Below are positions 23,833 to 37,449 of a stretch of DNA of 64,000 bases, one piece after another. Source of the stretch: Camelus ferus. Lineage: Eukaryota. The first letter of the stretch is position 1. The number at the start of each line of letters is the position of its first letter. The DNA lies in the NCBI RefSeq assembly GCF_009834535.1, contig NC_045696.1, positions 17,548,001-17,612,000 of the forward strand, read 5' to 3'. The notes beneath the pieces were generated by a model. It saw only the letters and a program-made list of their open reading frames with translations. It was not told the origin of the DNA and made no database searches. The position numbers were made by a program, and so were the translations under genes.

Positions 23833-26800
23833 GCTGTGTTCAAACTAAATTATCTCTTAATATTTAATGCAGATATTCTGATTTATGGGTTTGTCCATTT
23901 GTTGTTTTATTTTTGTTTTCTGCTTACCATTTTTTCCCTCTTCTTCCTTGACTGCTTTTTTGGGGATATATTACTTATTCTGCTATTCTATTTTAGTTCC
24001 TCTATTGGCTTTTAAACTATAACACTTAATATTATTTTTTATTTATCTGGGTGATTTTCAGGGTGTTATGATCTCATCCCTGTTGTCAGCATCTAGTAAT
24101 TGAACATTTTCCATGAAATTAAAGATCATTACATCAATATAGTTCAATACATCCCTTCTTTCTTTGTGCTATTTTTGTCATGAATTTCACATTATACTGA
24201 TAAGGATATTTGTTATTTTTTCATGCTCTCAATACTTAAGCCCATTTTAATTCTCACCTTGTATTGTTTCTTTTCAACCTAAAATTTCTTTTGGCATTTC
24301 TTGTAGTGGAGGTCTTCTAGAGAAAAATTCTCTCAACTTGCGTTGATCTGCAAAAAAAACAAACAAACAAAAAAACAAACAAAAAACCCCTCTATTTTTC
24401 ATTAATTTTTGAAGGATATTTTCTTTATATGTACATGTCTGAGTTGATCGATTTTATTTCAACACTTGAATGATGTTCTTTCTGTTGTTTTCTTGCAGCC
24501 ATTGTTTCTGAGAAGACACAGGCTGTATTTATTGTGGCTCCTTTGTATGTAATATGCCACTTTCATCCAATTGGCTTAAAAAAATTTTTTTTTGGCTTTC
24601 AACAGTTTGAATGTGATGCGACTAAGGACTTTTTGCTTTATTTTACAATGTGTTGCTTGAGGTTTATTGAGCTTCTAAGATCTTTTATTTATATCGTTTT
24701 GTGAACATGTACTCCCATGTATTTATCCAAATATGCTTTTGTTCTGGTCAGTCTCTCTTTCTCCTTCTTAAAAGATTCTGTTTACCCTTATATTAGAAAA
24801 CTGTATTGCTCACCGGTAACATAGTATCTGTTCTCTTTTTGGGTTTTATTTCTCTCTGGTCTTCAAATTGAATAACATCTTTCAACTATCCTCAGGTTCT
24901 GTGGCTAACTCATCCTGTTAATGGCTTTATTGCAGATACTATATTTTTAGCTCTAGAATATCAGTTTATTTATGTTTTTAATTTCCTCTTCAGTGCCTAC
25001 ATACCCATATAGGTAGTCATTATAATTTTTTTTTTTTTTTTTTTTTTTAGCTTTAAGGTCTTGAAGATGCTTTAAATGGATGCTTTAAGCCCTTGTTTTC
25101 TAATTCCAGGATCTGTTTAATCTTGGTGTCTTTTTCTATTGACTGCTCTTTGTCCTAACAATGTGTCACATTTTCTTCTTTCTTGGCATTTCTACTGATT
25201 TTTATTATTATCATATATTATCTATTGTGTACCATATGTTTCAGTTGGTTTGGGTTTAACTATATTCTTCTGAAGACTGTTTAATCATCTTATCTGGCAA
25301 ATACATTACTAATTCAGCGTACTGGTATTTTGTAGGCTTGGTTTTACACTTTGCATGGTAGAACTGTTTTATTTGCTCTTAGTCATAGGATTAATCTCTT
25401 TGCCATCATACATTTGTAGTATTTGGCCCTACCATGTAGCAATCCTTAGGTTTGAATGGGAAGCCTTAGCTGTTTACCGAGCCTGTTTAAGTTGGCATGA
25501 TTTACTCTGCAAACTATATTTTCTCTGTATTGATCAGCAGCACCTTTGTTCACCACTTCATGTCTTCCAGTGTTGACTTTCTACTGGACTCCTTAATGCC
25601 CACTACATGCATCCGCATTCAGGCTACAACCAATGTTTTCCAGCATGTTAATATGCAGATAAGTCTTCCTCATGTGACTTTTTCTTTTATGTATTTTCCC
25701 TCCTCAATTTCTAGCTGCTTTTGAAGATCTGAAATCTGTCCTGAAAAGTCCAAAGCCAATAAAATCATATTTTTAGGCTTTAATCTTAGCTGACTCATGC
25801 TGTGGAGATTATTAAGTTCCTTCAGTTGTCACAGGTAACATAGTTCTTATTCTCTTTTCTCTAAATGAGTTATTGTCCTCACTTTTCACAAGAGAAGTAT
25901 GAGTTATATAACAACCGCATGCTTGTCTTGAATCTTGAAGAGATTCGTCTGACTCAGAGAATTCATTCTGAATCAAGATATTTTATTTTTTGTGTTATTA
26001 ATAGTATATCTATAACCAACCCCTAGACATGGTTCCAAGGTTGGTAGAGATGAGGGGTGACTAAGAACTTCTTAATTCTCTTTTCATGACTCAGCATTAT
26101 CCAAAAACATTCCTGGAAGAACTTAGCTTGAACAAAGGGAGATATAAATTCTCACAGAATAACTACAGCTTCCTGAGGCGTGGCAGTAGAAGAGATTGGT
26201 ATATGTCAGAAGCAGTAGAAATATCTAAGCAGGCATGCCTCCCCAAGTAGTTTTTGTATTTGTTTGGAAGCAATGATCTGGCTTAGTTCCTTATTTATTC
26301 ATTCACTAATAAAATGGAAATAAGTTAATTTTTGCTTGAATGCACACGTAACCAACCTGCTGAAGAAAATGATGATTGAGGTATAAGTTTCATAGAACAA
26401 TGTCTAGTTAGAAAAGTCTCAATTTTTGTCAATTTAGTGACAAGATCTTAAAATCCCCTTTAAATCTTACTGCAATTATTAACATTTTGTTACACTTATA
26501 AAAAAGATAAATTGTTCCATGACCAGAACATCTTGATATCATAGTTATGAGGAAATTAATTTTTCAGTGACTTGGACATTTCAGCCATATTTATACCAGT
26601 TGTTTTACAACTGTGTATCATGTTAATTTTAGTTAATGTAATAATTCAGTTAATAATGTAAGGAGTGCTGTGACTTTCAGTTCCTTGGGATTTTTTTTTG
26701 GATAAGCAATAACTTTGATGCATTTTTACAACTAAGCAAATCACTATGTTTTATTTCTAGTTTAATATGATAAAACAATAGAATGTTCGACTTTTAGAAA

Positions 26801-26903
26801 TATTTGACGTAGTATCTCTCTATGTGAACTTGTGAACTGAGAGAAAAAAAAGTATACATTTTTCATCTTATTAGCTCTATGATGCAAAGTCCCAAGGTAC
26901 ATT

Positions 26904-27466
26904 TGTTACCCCAAAAGGTAAGGACCCTGGTTCTTGTCATACCTGAAAGACAAGTTTGCAGTTGGGAGACAGTGCATGGTGTAGGGAAGGATTTTAAAAG
27001 ATAAATTTAAAAGGAAAGGAAGAGTGCACCCCCAGGAAAGGGAGGCAGGTTGATCCAAGGGAGGCAAAGCAGCAGTTTTTGTCTCCCCTTTCTCTTACAC
27101 CCTTGCTTAGAGGTGATCTTTTGATTGATTGACAGCTCTTGTCCCTGGAGTGCTTAGTCATGTTTGGCCCCTTTGCGCATGTCCTTACCCAGGGTGCACA
27201 CAGGAAAACCCATGAGGGAGCCTAAACTGCAATGTTAATTATAATACAGTGAATATTGGTCTTGTCTGGTTAAGTCCTTTCTATTACTGTGTGGTCATGG
27301 CTGTTGGGTTTTAAGCAGTGTTTTTGTTTGTTTGCTTTTTGCTGGCACTCATTTAGAAGAAGTAAAGTCCCTTTATGCTGGACGCGGGCACAGCACCATC
27401 TTCCAGACCATCCTCCCTCTTCTCCACCTAACTGCTCAGTGCCCCCACTTATCTACCCACCTAACA
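26904..27466 (-). mobile_element. ERV1-type solo LTR (563 bp)
   Basis: Inverted termini TGTTA…TAACA and flanking catt/tatt (4-bp TSD, one mismatch). Orientation inferred. Confidence 0.75.
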
Positions 27467-28469
27467 TATTCACTGCTTTTCATGAGATTTTCTGACCCAT
27501 TCTGTTTTTTCCCCTTCTAGTTCTTTTGAATCAATCTCATTTTTTGACTGGTTTGCAAGTCAGTTTATGTGCCATCACCCAGGACGAAATAATCTATTGA
27601 CACAGTGACATAAATTTCTTACTTTTTAGTAAAACGAGCATGGCTCACTATTTGACACTCTTTAAATTTATTTAGTAAGATTCTTGCTAAAGTATACTTT
27701 TCTGTTACTTAATAAAATTTATACTAAGATTCAAAGTTAAAAAGAATTTGCCTTGCTTGAGGTGTGTAATAGAATAGAGGCTTTTTTTTTTAGGGTTTTG
27801 TGAAAATATTTGAGCACTTAAGAATACTTAGTCTTTACTTTTGGACAAGTCTTGATTGCAATACTTCGGCATTTACTTAGGGAATGTTATGAGAGTATGT
27901 CTCTGTATGTGGCAGCCAGCAACACATGAACTTTATAAATCCCCTTCAAATTTTCAAATTCCCTTCAAAATTCAGTTCCATTAGGAGGTGTGTACTTTCA
28001 ACTTATGCAGCTTTTTTAAAACCCTCTTATTGGTTGTATATAAACTTCTTAGTTTCTCTCCCAGAAAAGTCTAAAGCCTGAAAGACATTTTAAAGGAGAT
28101 AATACCTAGAAGGAAACATTAAGAATTCTGGAGAGAAGACTCCAAGGATCAAATCAATAAGCACTATCAACCTGGGAAAGGACATAAAAATCATTTGGGA
28201 GTATTGAGAAAACTGTAATTAAAAAACAGTCAAATTAAACCCTTCCAAAGCAAATACCTTTCAAGTCCAAGTGCCATTGTTTGGTGTCCTCAGCTGAATT
28301 ACCTCACTGGCTGAACAGGATAAAGCTCCCAAGGCAAACTCTGTCTCAAAGTTCCTTGAAATTATCACAAATTGGGCTTGTGTTTATTTCTAATAAAATT
28401 AATTTATGTCAGGTAAACTTCTGTTTAAAAATAACAATATAATAATGCCTATAATTTATGGATGTTAAC

Positions 28470-28635
28470 CTTTCAGAAAACTCTATGAGATTTACCCCCA
28501 TTTTTATAGGAGAAGGAGAAGAATTATGGGGGATTAAATGACATCCTCAAGGTCTTGTTTGAGGAAGAATCAGAGCTGAAACTTGAGCCAAATTGGTCTG
28601 ATTCATGCCAGAGTTGATATTCTTAACCACTGTCT
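28470..28635 (-). mobile_element. MIR SINE
   Basis: ctctatgag…ccccatttttatag…ttaaatgacatcctcaaggtc…tctgattc…tcttaaccact. Confidence 0.75.
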
Positions 28636-30044
28636 GTAATAAGTGGAAGAGCCCATGTTTTTTTATTGTGATGGACAATACTGAAACATACCGTACACTT
28701 CAAATGCTTTTGACATATTAAACGAGAAAGATAGCATTTATCAATATATTTAGACTAAAAAGACTAACGAATAAAACTAGATACACTATCTGAAGAAATG
28801 ATTTGGACAATAAGAAAAATTCAGTATCTATTCTATATTAGAGCACCTGCTATTCTGGTATGTTATATTTGTTTTGAAAATTCAACTTCAACACAAATCT
28901 TCAATAATAATAACATTTTCTATATTGTGTGGATAATGCTTAACATTAACCAAAAGACCTATCTAATTCTGATCAGAAAAAATTAGAAGAAAATTGAGAG
29001 ATAATCTTGTAATTGTATTTTGTTTAACCCGATCATTTAAACTACTTAGAGCCGTAGAGAGGCATTTTCTTGTGGTGTGTTTTACATAATACATAGGCAA
29101 CCCTTTCTCTATTTTTGTTTATTAATCTCAACACGCATGAAGTAACTAGTAATAATCTGCAATCAAATTCTTTGTCTCAGTATTCAGAGACTTATTTTAC
29201 ATAAACATTGAGATCAAAACCATTGAAGGCTTTTAAAGGAATACAGAAAACGCCAGGGCGTCTAGAATCAGGGCTCGTTGTAATAATACTCTTCATGTTG
29301 GCTGAAAGCTTCATTCTTCTGTATAACTATCTAGAAGGCATGCCTCTTTTACACTTTTCCATTCTCTTTTTTCTGGGCACTAAGAAAAGGATATGTCTTA
29401 ATACCCAGCAAATCTTCAGATCTCAAGTAAGTCTACATTTTTAGCTCTGGGTATATATTGTTCCTCTGTGGTCAAAGGCAGAAGTTTAGGTCTGCAACGT
29501 AAATTGGAACTGTTTTCATAAAGGTATTCCATTTACACAGCGGATATAAAAGTGAAGAACACAACATAATTAACTAGATTGTTTTAGTGACAAAGGTATT
29601 CTCAGCAGTACGTTGCACTCCTAGAAATGCATATCAATATTTGGATTTCAGTCTCTCTACAATTTTAGTTAAGCCATTTTCTTGTTTTAATTCTCCAAAT
29701 GATTTTTTAATACCTGAGTGAGTACACCAACAATATGTGGAGAAAACACTACATGATAACATGTAAATTTTCCACATGGAAAATCTCCTCTGCAGATATT
29801 TTGAAAGCCATAAGCCCCAAACTAACCCTAAATGAATTGAACCAGAATTTTCGTTTTTGGTTGGGGGTGGGAGGGTTACTTTATAATGATCCACAGTTCA
29901 TTCTGGCTCTCACAAACGTGGAGATTCAATATATGAGAAATACTTCTTTGTGTCAGGGAACAACAAAGTTGAAAACCACACATCTGGGGACTCAGACTTC
30001 AGACTGAGCCTGGCCACTGTGGAACTCCTGCACCAGAAGCACGG

Positions 30045-30163
30045 GATGGATGAGAAACCCTGTCTCTTCCTCGTCCCTACATCTTCAGGGCTGTCCCAGT
30101 GTCTGATGTATGGTAGGGTTTCAATATGTGTTTGTTAAATGGATTAATAAATAAAGGAATGAA
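30045..30163 (+). mobile_element. L2 3' terminus
   Basis: cagtgtctgatgtatggtagggtttcaatatgtgtttgttaaatggattaataaat…gaatgaat tail. Confidence 0.65.
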
Positions 30164-31377
30164 TTACTTTCTCTTTCTTCAAGAGAGGAAAGTTTTTAAG
30201 AAATAACGAAGGCTGTTGGCTACCACTTTTGCCTGGAGAGGATACATATTTGATCGATTTAATCAGGACCACTTTTTGAAGGTCGGGCTGTCCATTAAAT
30301 TCAGTATGAGGAGAGGCATTCAGGTGTCAAACAAGAGTCTGTGCAGATCTCTAGTGAGCATTAAAAAGGAGGTCGTGGGAGGATTTGTAAGAAGATGATT
30401 ACTTCTCCTTGATACCTTTGAAGGAGAGTTCAAAAGGAAATTGACTTTGATTTTCTTGATTTCTTGAGGAAATAATGTAGGCCTTTTTCCCTCTCTAGTG
30501 TAGTGAAATGAGGTTGCAGGGGTCAAAGGCAATGATTTATGGGCATGGTCTTAGAACTAGGTGCATTGAATTAAAAAAAAAAAAAAGTACTGCATTTTGT
30601 AGTCTTTCCTCATAAGCGACAGAAGAACGTGTTACTGATTCAACTCAGTGGGTTCTGGTGGAGTATTGCTAGGGAGGACACATTATTCAAAGCAGACGGT
30701 GTTCCGGCAGTCTCAACTGTGTTCTGAAAATCACTGGAATTTACTTTCTCTTTGTTTGCTTTTGTTTTTGAGGTTTTGGGGTAAAATAATTTGTATGAGG
30801 GTGTGTTTCTTGGGTACTGTTCCTCAGTATAGCAAGCTTTGTGGTCAGATTTTGTGATCAAGTGCTAATGTTAAATGTACTTCTCTAATTTATATAGTTT
30901 CTGTGATAGGATTTGAAAAAGAATTAAAATACTGCATTTCTTATAAGAGGAAGCATTAACTTTAGGTATAAATGCTTTGCACGTAATTTGGACAAATTTT
31001 GTTAACTACAAACTCACAGCTCCGGGAGGTAAATCTGTTGTTTCGGTAAAAAAGTAAAGTGTTCAATAAGCTGACAATTTGCTGATAAGTGGATATCATA
31101 TGATGTTTAAATAGAGCCTCTAAATTATTACTCAAGTTTTTCCATCTTTTTGATGATTGAGTTCTATTAAGGGCCTATAGATACAATGGTCTGCATTGAG
31201 TCAAAAGATAATGTTTATACATAGTCAATTGACTTGTACAGGAACACCACTGACAATTTCCCTATATCCTGACTCAAAATCCTTTAGGGTAACTTGATCT
31301 ATATGTCAGAGAAAATGATGGTCTGCTCACTGCAGGCAGTTCTGTAAGGTTTCCTCTCTGTATGCGTCCAGGTGAAA

Positions 31378-31528
31378 TTAAACTGTAGGCCCTTGCTGCT
31401 CCGAGATTTGTGAAACTTGTTAGAAAAGCAGTAATTCAGGCCTGTCCTCAGATCTACAGAATTAGAATCAGCATCTTAACATGAACCCAGGTGAATAATT
31501 GGATGCAGGTTAAAGTTTGATAGCTCTC
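31378..31528. mobile_element. MER5A/MER5A1 hAT-Charlie MITE
   Basis: aacttgttagaaaagca…cagatctacagaattagaatcagcatcttaaca…ccaggtga…ttaaagtttga. Confidence 0.75.
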
Positions 31529-31734
31529 TTCCCAGGTTTTAGAACTTAAAATAAGGCACCCACTGTATAGAAAGTCTCACTCACAGGCAAGACCATGCTT
31601 TCACTACTCCAAGATTAGATACTAAGAAATAATATTAGTCTTGTGGAGTTTAAACTTATTAGAGCATCTAAAGTAATGCAATCAAATGCACTCTATCTTA
31701 TATGATATCACATAACATTTTTATATTAGAATTG

Positions 31735-31885
31735 AATCAGAATTTTAGAAAGTAGACGCCAATGTCTTCATTCTACAGATGAAGAATCTGAGAGCTTCAG
31801 AGGTAAAATGACATACCCAAGCTTCCACAGCGGGTAAGTGGCAGAGTTCCGACTAGTGTGAAGGTTTCTGGAATCCAGTCAAGGA
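31735..31885 (-). mobile_element. MIR SINE
   Basis: cattctacagatgaagaatctgag…tgacatacccaag…cacagcgggtaagtggcagag. Confidence 0.8.
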
Positions 31886-33554
31886 CTCAACAAAAAGAGA
31901 TGCTTTCTTTGCTCTGCAAATTCACTAAATACCTTTATCCAGTTTGAATTAAACAATGTACACAGGTCATTCATACGCAGAAATCTCTGTGCATAAATAA
32001 CATAACATGTGTGTAAATAACACATGGTACACCAGTATTTCATGATGGTTATATAGAAGAAAAGAATTTAGGGTTATTGTAGTTTGTAGGACAGGCAAAT
32101 ATACACAAGAAAATATTTGCAATTATTATATAATAAAAGATTATCTGTGAGTGATATTGTTATGTGGTGTGTGATATTTGATGAGGGATGTGATTTGTGT
32201 ATGTGTGTATAGCTTTGTGTATGGTGGGGAGAGAGAGCTTAATTTTTATCTTCCATTATAGGAAGTCAATTTAAAAAATGGCTGATTTAATAAAATGAGA
32301 AAGAAAGAGAGAAAAAGAGAAATGGAAGAATGAGTATATTATTTAGAAATATAGAGGTAGATATCCAAGGTGCAGCTAGAACACAGAAACCATGTTGCCT
32401 CTGGGAGCAAGGGTGGGGAAGGTTTTGTTAATGGATGGCCCTTTTCCATTAAAAGCCTATTTTTGATAGGCTTACCTATAGTCTACCAAAAGCCCATAAT
32501 AACTTTTAAATATAGGTTTAAACTTTCAAAAGGAGAGAAAAAAAGAAAATCCATCACTAGTTTACCTTATGGTTCAGAAACAATTCAACAAAAACACATG
32601 CATATCAGTTGATTCTGAAAATGATGCACTGTGTTTAACTGGCAACTTCCGTTGAGTTTGCAGTAATCTGCCTTGAAGTTTGATTTGAACTCGCTTCTAT
32701 TCAACACCTTGGCAAAGCACAGATGAGTAAAATAATGTTGTTGGAGGATTATCATAATTACCATAATAGAAAAAGACTTCCCCAAAAAGAATACCAGAAA
32801 ATATTGCTAATAGAAAACATTTTTGAGTATCAGTAGGGGGCACTAAGTCTCCATGGAAAGGAAAACACCAACTCAAAGCAGTCATAAATTATTTCTTCTC
32901 TTACTTTAACTTTAAAGGGAAAACATCATAAACTCTATGCTGTTTTAACTTTAGTGTCACTGGTGGAAATGCTTTTCTTCTTAACCCTTTTAACAAGAAG
33001 ATGCATTTAACTATTTTCTTTAACTGGATTTTTTTTTTTTTCTCTTATTTCCACCTCTGTGGGTTTGCCTGTTATTCGGCATTCAAATGCAGTGCTAGTT
33101 TGCTCATTTTGTCAAAAACCGAGCAATTAGGATTTTTCACAGATAAGTAACTTCCAAATAAATGACCTTCTGCAAGAAGCTCCTTTAAAAGGAAGCAAAG
33201 GTGTGTTTACTGCAAGTTGGAGCCAAGAAGGAAACCACAGCAACAAAAACTAAGCTTTGTACAACCAACCCTCCTTACCCACCCCCAAAATAATGAATAC
33301 ACTATTCGGCAACCAGGACCATGCTAAAAATAATTCTAAATATGAGAAGGAACTAAAACTATAAGCATCAGCTTTGATTGACTGTTGAATATTAATCTCA
33401 CAGTTAAAGAAACGTCTTGTATTCACAGAGGTCATTAGCAAATTAGGAAAAAGCCAACATATATAAACTATGAAGAAGTGAAATAATGATGGATTTTCAT
33501 GTTTTCTTCAATGCTGGTTCCTTTATAAGTATTAAGAACACCTTAAAACTAAAT

Positions 33555-34004
33555 TGTCGACCTAAATTAGAAGTAAATCCCAGGAAAGAATCAAGGTTAT
33601 CTCAAAGCAAAAGGACAGCTTTATTTTTCACAAGGTCTGCAAACCAGGAATACGAAGCCTTGGGTTACAAACTGAAAATGCATTCCCCTATTTTTCAGCC
33701 TGTGAAGGAGGTGGGGAATTTATCAAAGCAAAACCCAAAGTCATAGTTGGGAGACTTGTAAGGAGGTTGGATGGCCATTGCAGCCTCACCATAAGTCCTC
33801 GTTGGACCACAAGTTTCTGATGATTGGCTATGATTGGAGCTTCTTCTAAGCAAATTTTCCAGGTTGGACCCTTAGCAGAATCAGAAATCCCTGTAGTTTT
33901 TGTTCGTGGTTTTTCTAAGAACACAGAGTACGTGACAGAACCCCAGATCTGTCACGACTACCTGGCTTTATTTTACCCTGAGTCACTGTTGGCCACACCA
34001 GGCA
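33555..34004 (-). mobile_element. Probable ERV1 (MER4-group-like) solo LTR
   Basis: Starts tgtcgacctaaa; tttatt (minus-strand polyA signal) at ~33620; tandem tgattgg (CCAAT boxes on minus) at ~33820-33837; right end uncertain. Confidence 0.5.
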
Positions 34005-34359
34005 ATTTTCTATGTTCTTCCCTTAAGGGATTTCTCTTCCCTTAGTGGATTTTTACTTTTCTTTAGGGGATTTTATTTTATTTTTACAACGTAGAATATT
34101 TTTGAAGTCTATTGCTAAAGGGTATTCAATGTAATATTTTGGACCTGGCTGTATATTTTGTGTGTGTGTACATTTTTGTGTTTATAACTACCAAAAAAAT
34201 CAAAGCTAAAGCCACAATTTAAAATGCAGTCTTTGGTTTTGGTCATTCTGACCATTGCTTTATGTAATTTGTGGATTTTTAATGAATGACCTGAGGTATG
34301 GCATTGTTAATGGATCTATGCTGATTTTGCTTATTATAAATCTAATAAGCCAGGCTGAG

Positions 34360-34555
34360 GTCATAGAATTGTAGAACTCTGAAGAACTCTCCCAACAACC
34401 CTTTTATTTTTACAAATGAGAAATCTTTAGGTACAGAAAGGTCACTCAGAAACCTTTAAAAAAAAAAAAAGTGAGTTATTTGCCTTGGTAGCGAAACTGG
34501 CAGAAAGTTCCAGGCTTCCTGACTTCAGTCCAGTTACTTCTTTATGCCATACTGC
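34360..34555 (-). mobile_element. MIR SINE
   Basis: ttttacaaatgagaaatc…acagaaaggtca…ccaggcttcctgacttcagtccag. Confidence 0.65.
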
Positions 34556-36699
34556 CTTTCTGCATGAAGAATAATTAATTCAGTCTCAGTGTAATAGATT
34601 TCTTTAGCAACGATTCGGAGAACAACCTGGACCCTAAGGAAAACAAGTGAATGTTGATCCTATCTGCATTTTGATAAGCAGCTTTGTACTCAGAGGTAGA
34701 GGACATTATACATTGATACAGAAAAGTGGATTTCTAGGACCATTAAGAAACGACCCGAAGTAATGAGCATTCCCACTTACCGGATTCTTTTATTGGTTTT
34801 ATCTGTGAGTACAACTGAAGTACTGTTCCAAAGAAGCCATATCAGAAATGAGGCAAGATTTCCAGCAAGGATAAATGCTTTTAAGTAAGACAGATACCGC
34901 TTTGTGTCAGGACACTTAAGAATGGCGCAAAGATGAAAACCTCAGCTCTAAACCTAAGGCGTGTTATCTCTCCACCGGTAATACAATTTGTGTGCATTTG
35001 GCTGACTGTGCTGGTTCAGTCCATGTTCGCCCTCTTTCTCTTCAATCTAATTAAATCAAATTTATACGCTGAGTCTATGATGACTCATTGTGGCTGTGTT
35101 AGCTGCCAGTAAAATGTTTTGCTCTCCACATTTCATGCTGGTTCCTTCTCTATTAACAAAAATGGAATTTTCAGGCTTCATTACAAGATTAAACTCCTGA
35201 TAGAATTAAAGATTGTTGATCTTTTCTTACCAGATGCAAAGCAATTTTCCTCTTGGGACCTACCAGCCCGAAAACTAGAATCCCAAACTATAATTTGTCT
35301 AGGGGTACATTTTTTTCTGCCTGTTGGGGAAGGGCTTTGAAACTCTCCTTGAGGCTGGTAGTGTGATAAGGGCTGCCTTTTGACCTGTTTGACACTGATG
35401 ATACACAGTGAACTCTATACAATGCTTTATCCCCCGGGGACTCTGGAGATGCTGGCTCCATGCAGTTCACCTGTCAGATTTGGCAGCATCTCTTGTAATG
35501 TCCCTCTAGTGCAGGGTCTTATTGCTTTTCTTTGTTTTTGATTTCTGGTCCTGCTTTCTCATTGCTGTGAATTAGACATTACTGGGTTAAAGGTGAAGAA
35601 ACTGAGCTAGGTTGGAAGAAAGTTGGGTTGTAAACATTCTTAGGATCATGAGGAGTGTAGGAGCAAGGTCCTAGAGATAATACTGTGAAATAGGAGAAAG
35701 TGAAATGAGTCCCTGGGAAGCATATGAGCGGACAGGAAGGAGGAGTTGGGAATCCAGGATTGGAAACCAAGGGATTAGTAAACTAGAAGCATAGTGTAGT
35801 TACTATGATCCACTGCAGGTGCATCTCTGGTTCTGGAGGCTAAGAAGATCAAAGTAAATTTCACTAGCAGGTTGTTAATGCACACTATGTTCAAGCAAAA
35901 TAATGATATAATTCCTTTAAGTAAAATGTATTTCACTCATTGCATGTCCTTGGGATGCAGATCTGGTCTGTGCATCTTCCAGCCATCAGTTGTTTGTAAT
36001 GTCTTAGTGAAGAAAATAATTTTGTTTTACTTTATTAGTTTTGTGCATCTACTCTCTTTTAGCTGAAACAAGCAATGGAATTTAGATTCTAAAAGCATGC
36101 ACTTCTGTTCCATGCAGTAAGTTAATTTTCAAGTTCATCAGATGGGTATTTGTATGGTGATTGTATCTGTCACATAAACACTTTGTCAATCACTGCCTCC
36201 CTTCTGATCTGAGATGCTGGAAGTTCCATCTAAAACGTGATGAATATCTGCTTGTTCTAAGTAAAAATTCATTGTGACAATGACAAGTGTTTTGCCAAAT
36301 TGCACATGCTCTGTTATAATGTTGCATTAACCAAAGCAATTGTTGAAGTTTTAAATTAAAAAATAAATATCTACATCAAAATTAAATTTTGAAGTGGTTT
36401 TGTTTATTCCATTTAAGTTCTTTTATCTTTTGAATAAACTTTTGCCTGAAACTACTATGAAGCTATAAACTAGCCCAGGATCTTAAATTATGAAACCAAT
36501 CAGAATGTGCAAAATGACAGTAGAATCTAATGAATAAATTAATTTATCCTTTTTCTTTTTGGTATAGGTATTTTGTTTGGCTATACTATTTATGATACAG
36601 ACTTGATTCCTTTCTTTTAAAAGATGATGGCATGTCATACTTAGCAATTACCACAATAATAATTTCTTTGAGCAAAAATGGCCAGTGAATGACAAAAGT

Positions 36700-37390
36700 A
36701 GTGAGCAAAAATTTAAGTACAATTGGAATATATATTTGGTCCCAAAGTATCTCCATTTAAGTACTTATAAATTACAAGGGTGAAAATGTTGAGTTTACAG
36801 TGGAAAAACCTGGCAGGCACAGCCTTAACCAAATGATCAAAATTAACATCACCAGTCATACGACAAATTAACATTCTGTGCCTCTTGACATGATACACTG
36901 AGAAGAACACTTATTATTCCTTTGATATTATTACCAAAATTACATAGCCTGAATCCATGAAAAAACATCAGACAGACTCACACTGAGGGACAATCTACGA
37001 AGTAGTCTTAACTCTTCATAAGTGTTAAGAAAAAGCAAGACTGAGGATCTGGTCCATGTTTAATGCACATAACAATTAAATATGTATGATGCTATATTGG
37101 ATCGCAAACGGAACAAGATATCAATGTGTAATTTTATGACTTTGACCATCATATTTCCTAGATAAGTGCTTATCTTTTCTTTTAGAAAATGTACAGTGGA
37201 GTACTTAGAGCTAAAAGGACATATCTCTGCAACTTAATGCTCAATATTTTCAGAAAATAAGAAATAAAGAAAGAATATACCAAGTGTGTGAAATGTAAAT
37301 GTGTGAGGATTTGAGAAAGTTAAATGAAAATTGTTTGCATTATTTTTGCAACTTTTCATGTTAAGTCAGATATTATTAAAAAATGTTTTA
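36700..37390 (+). mobile_element. Old L1 3' region (L1MC4/5-like)
   Basis: tttacagtggaaaaacctggcaggcacagccttaaccaaatgatcaaaattaacatcaccagt; aaacatcagacagactcacactgagggaca. Confidence 0.85.
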
Positions 37391-37449
37391 AAAATAGAAT
37401 AATGGCACAAAGATTGAGTAGGAATTTTGAGATGATGTCAAAGGGAAGA

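Larger units (their letters stand above)
20290..25830 (-). mobile_element. Long decayed old L1M (ORF2/ORF1 regions), interrupted by two LTRs and a microsatellite
   Basis: T-rich antisense L1 motifs throughout: cagcaccatttgtagaaaaga, ttcattgggattgcattt, tgaagaaattccctcctattacc, aattctctcaacttg, tttttgaaggatatttt. ORF 21633-21830(-) resembles ORF2 (KGIINIRAKINETQN). Confidence 0.85.
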
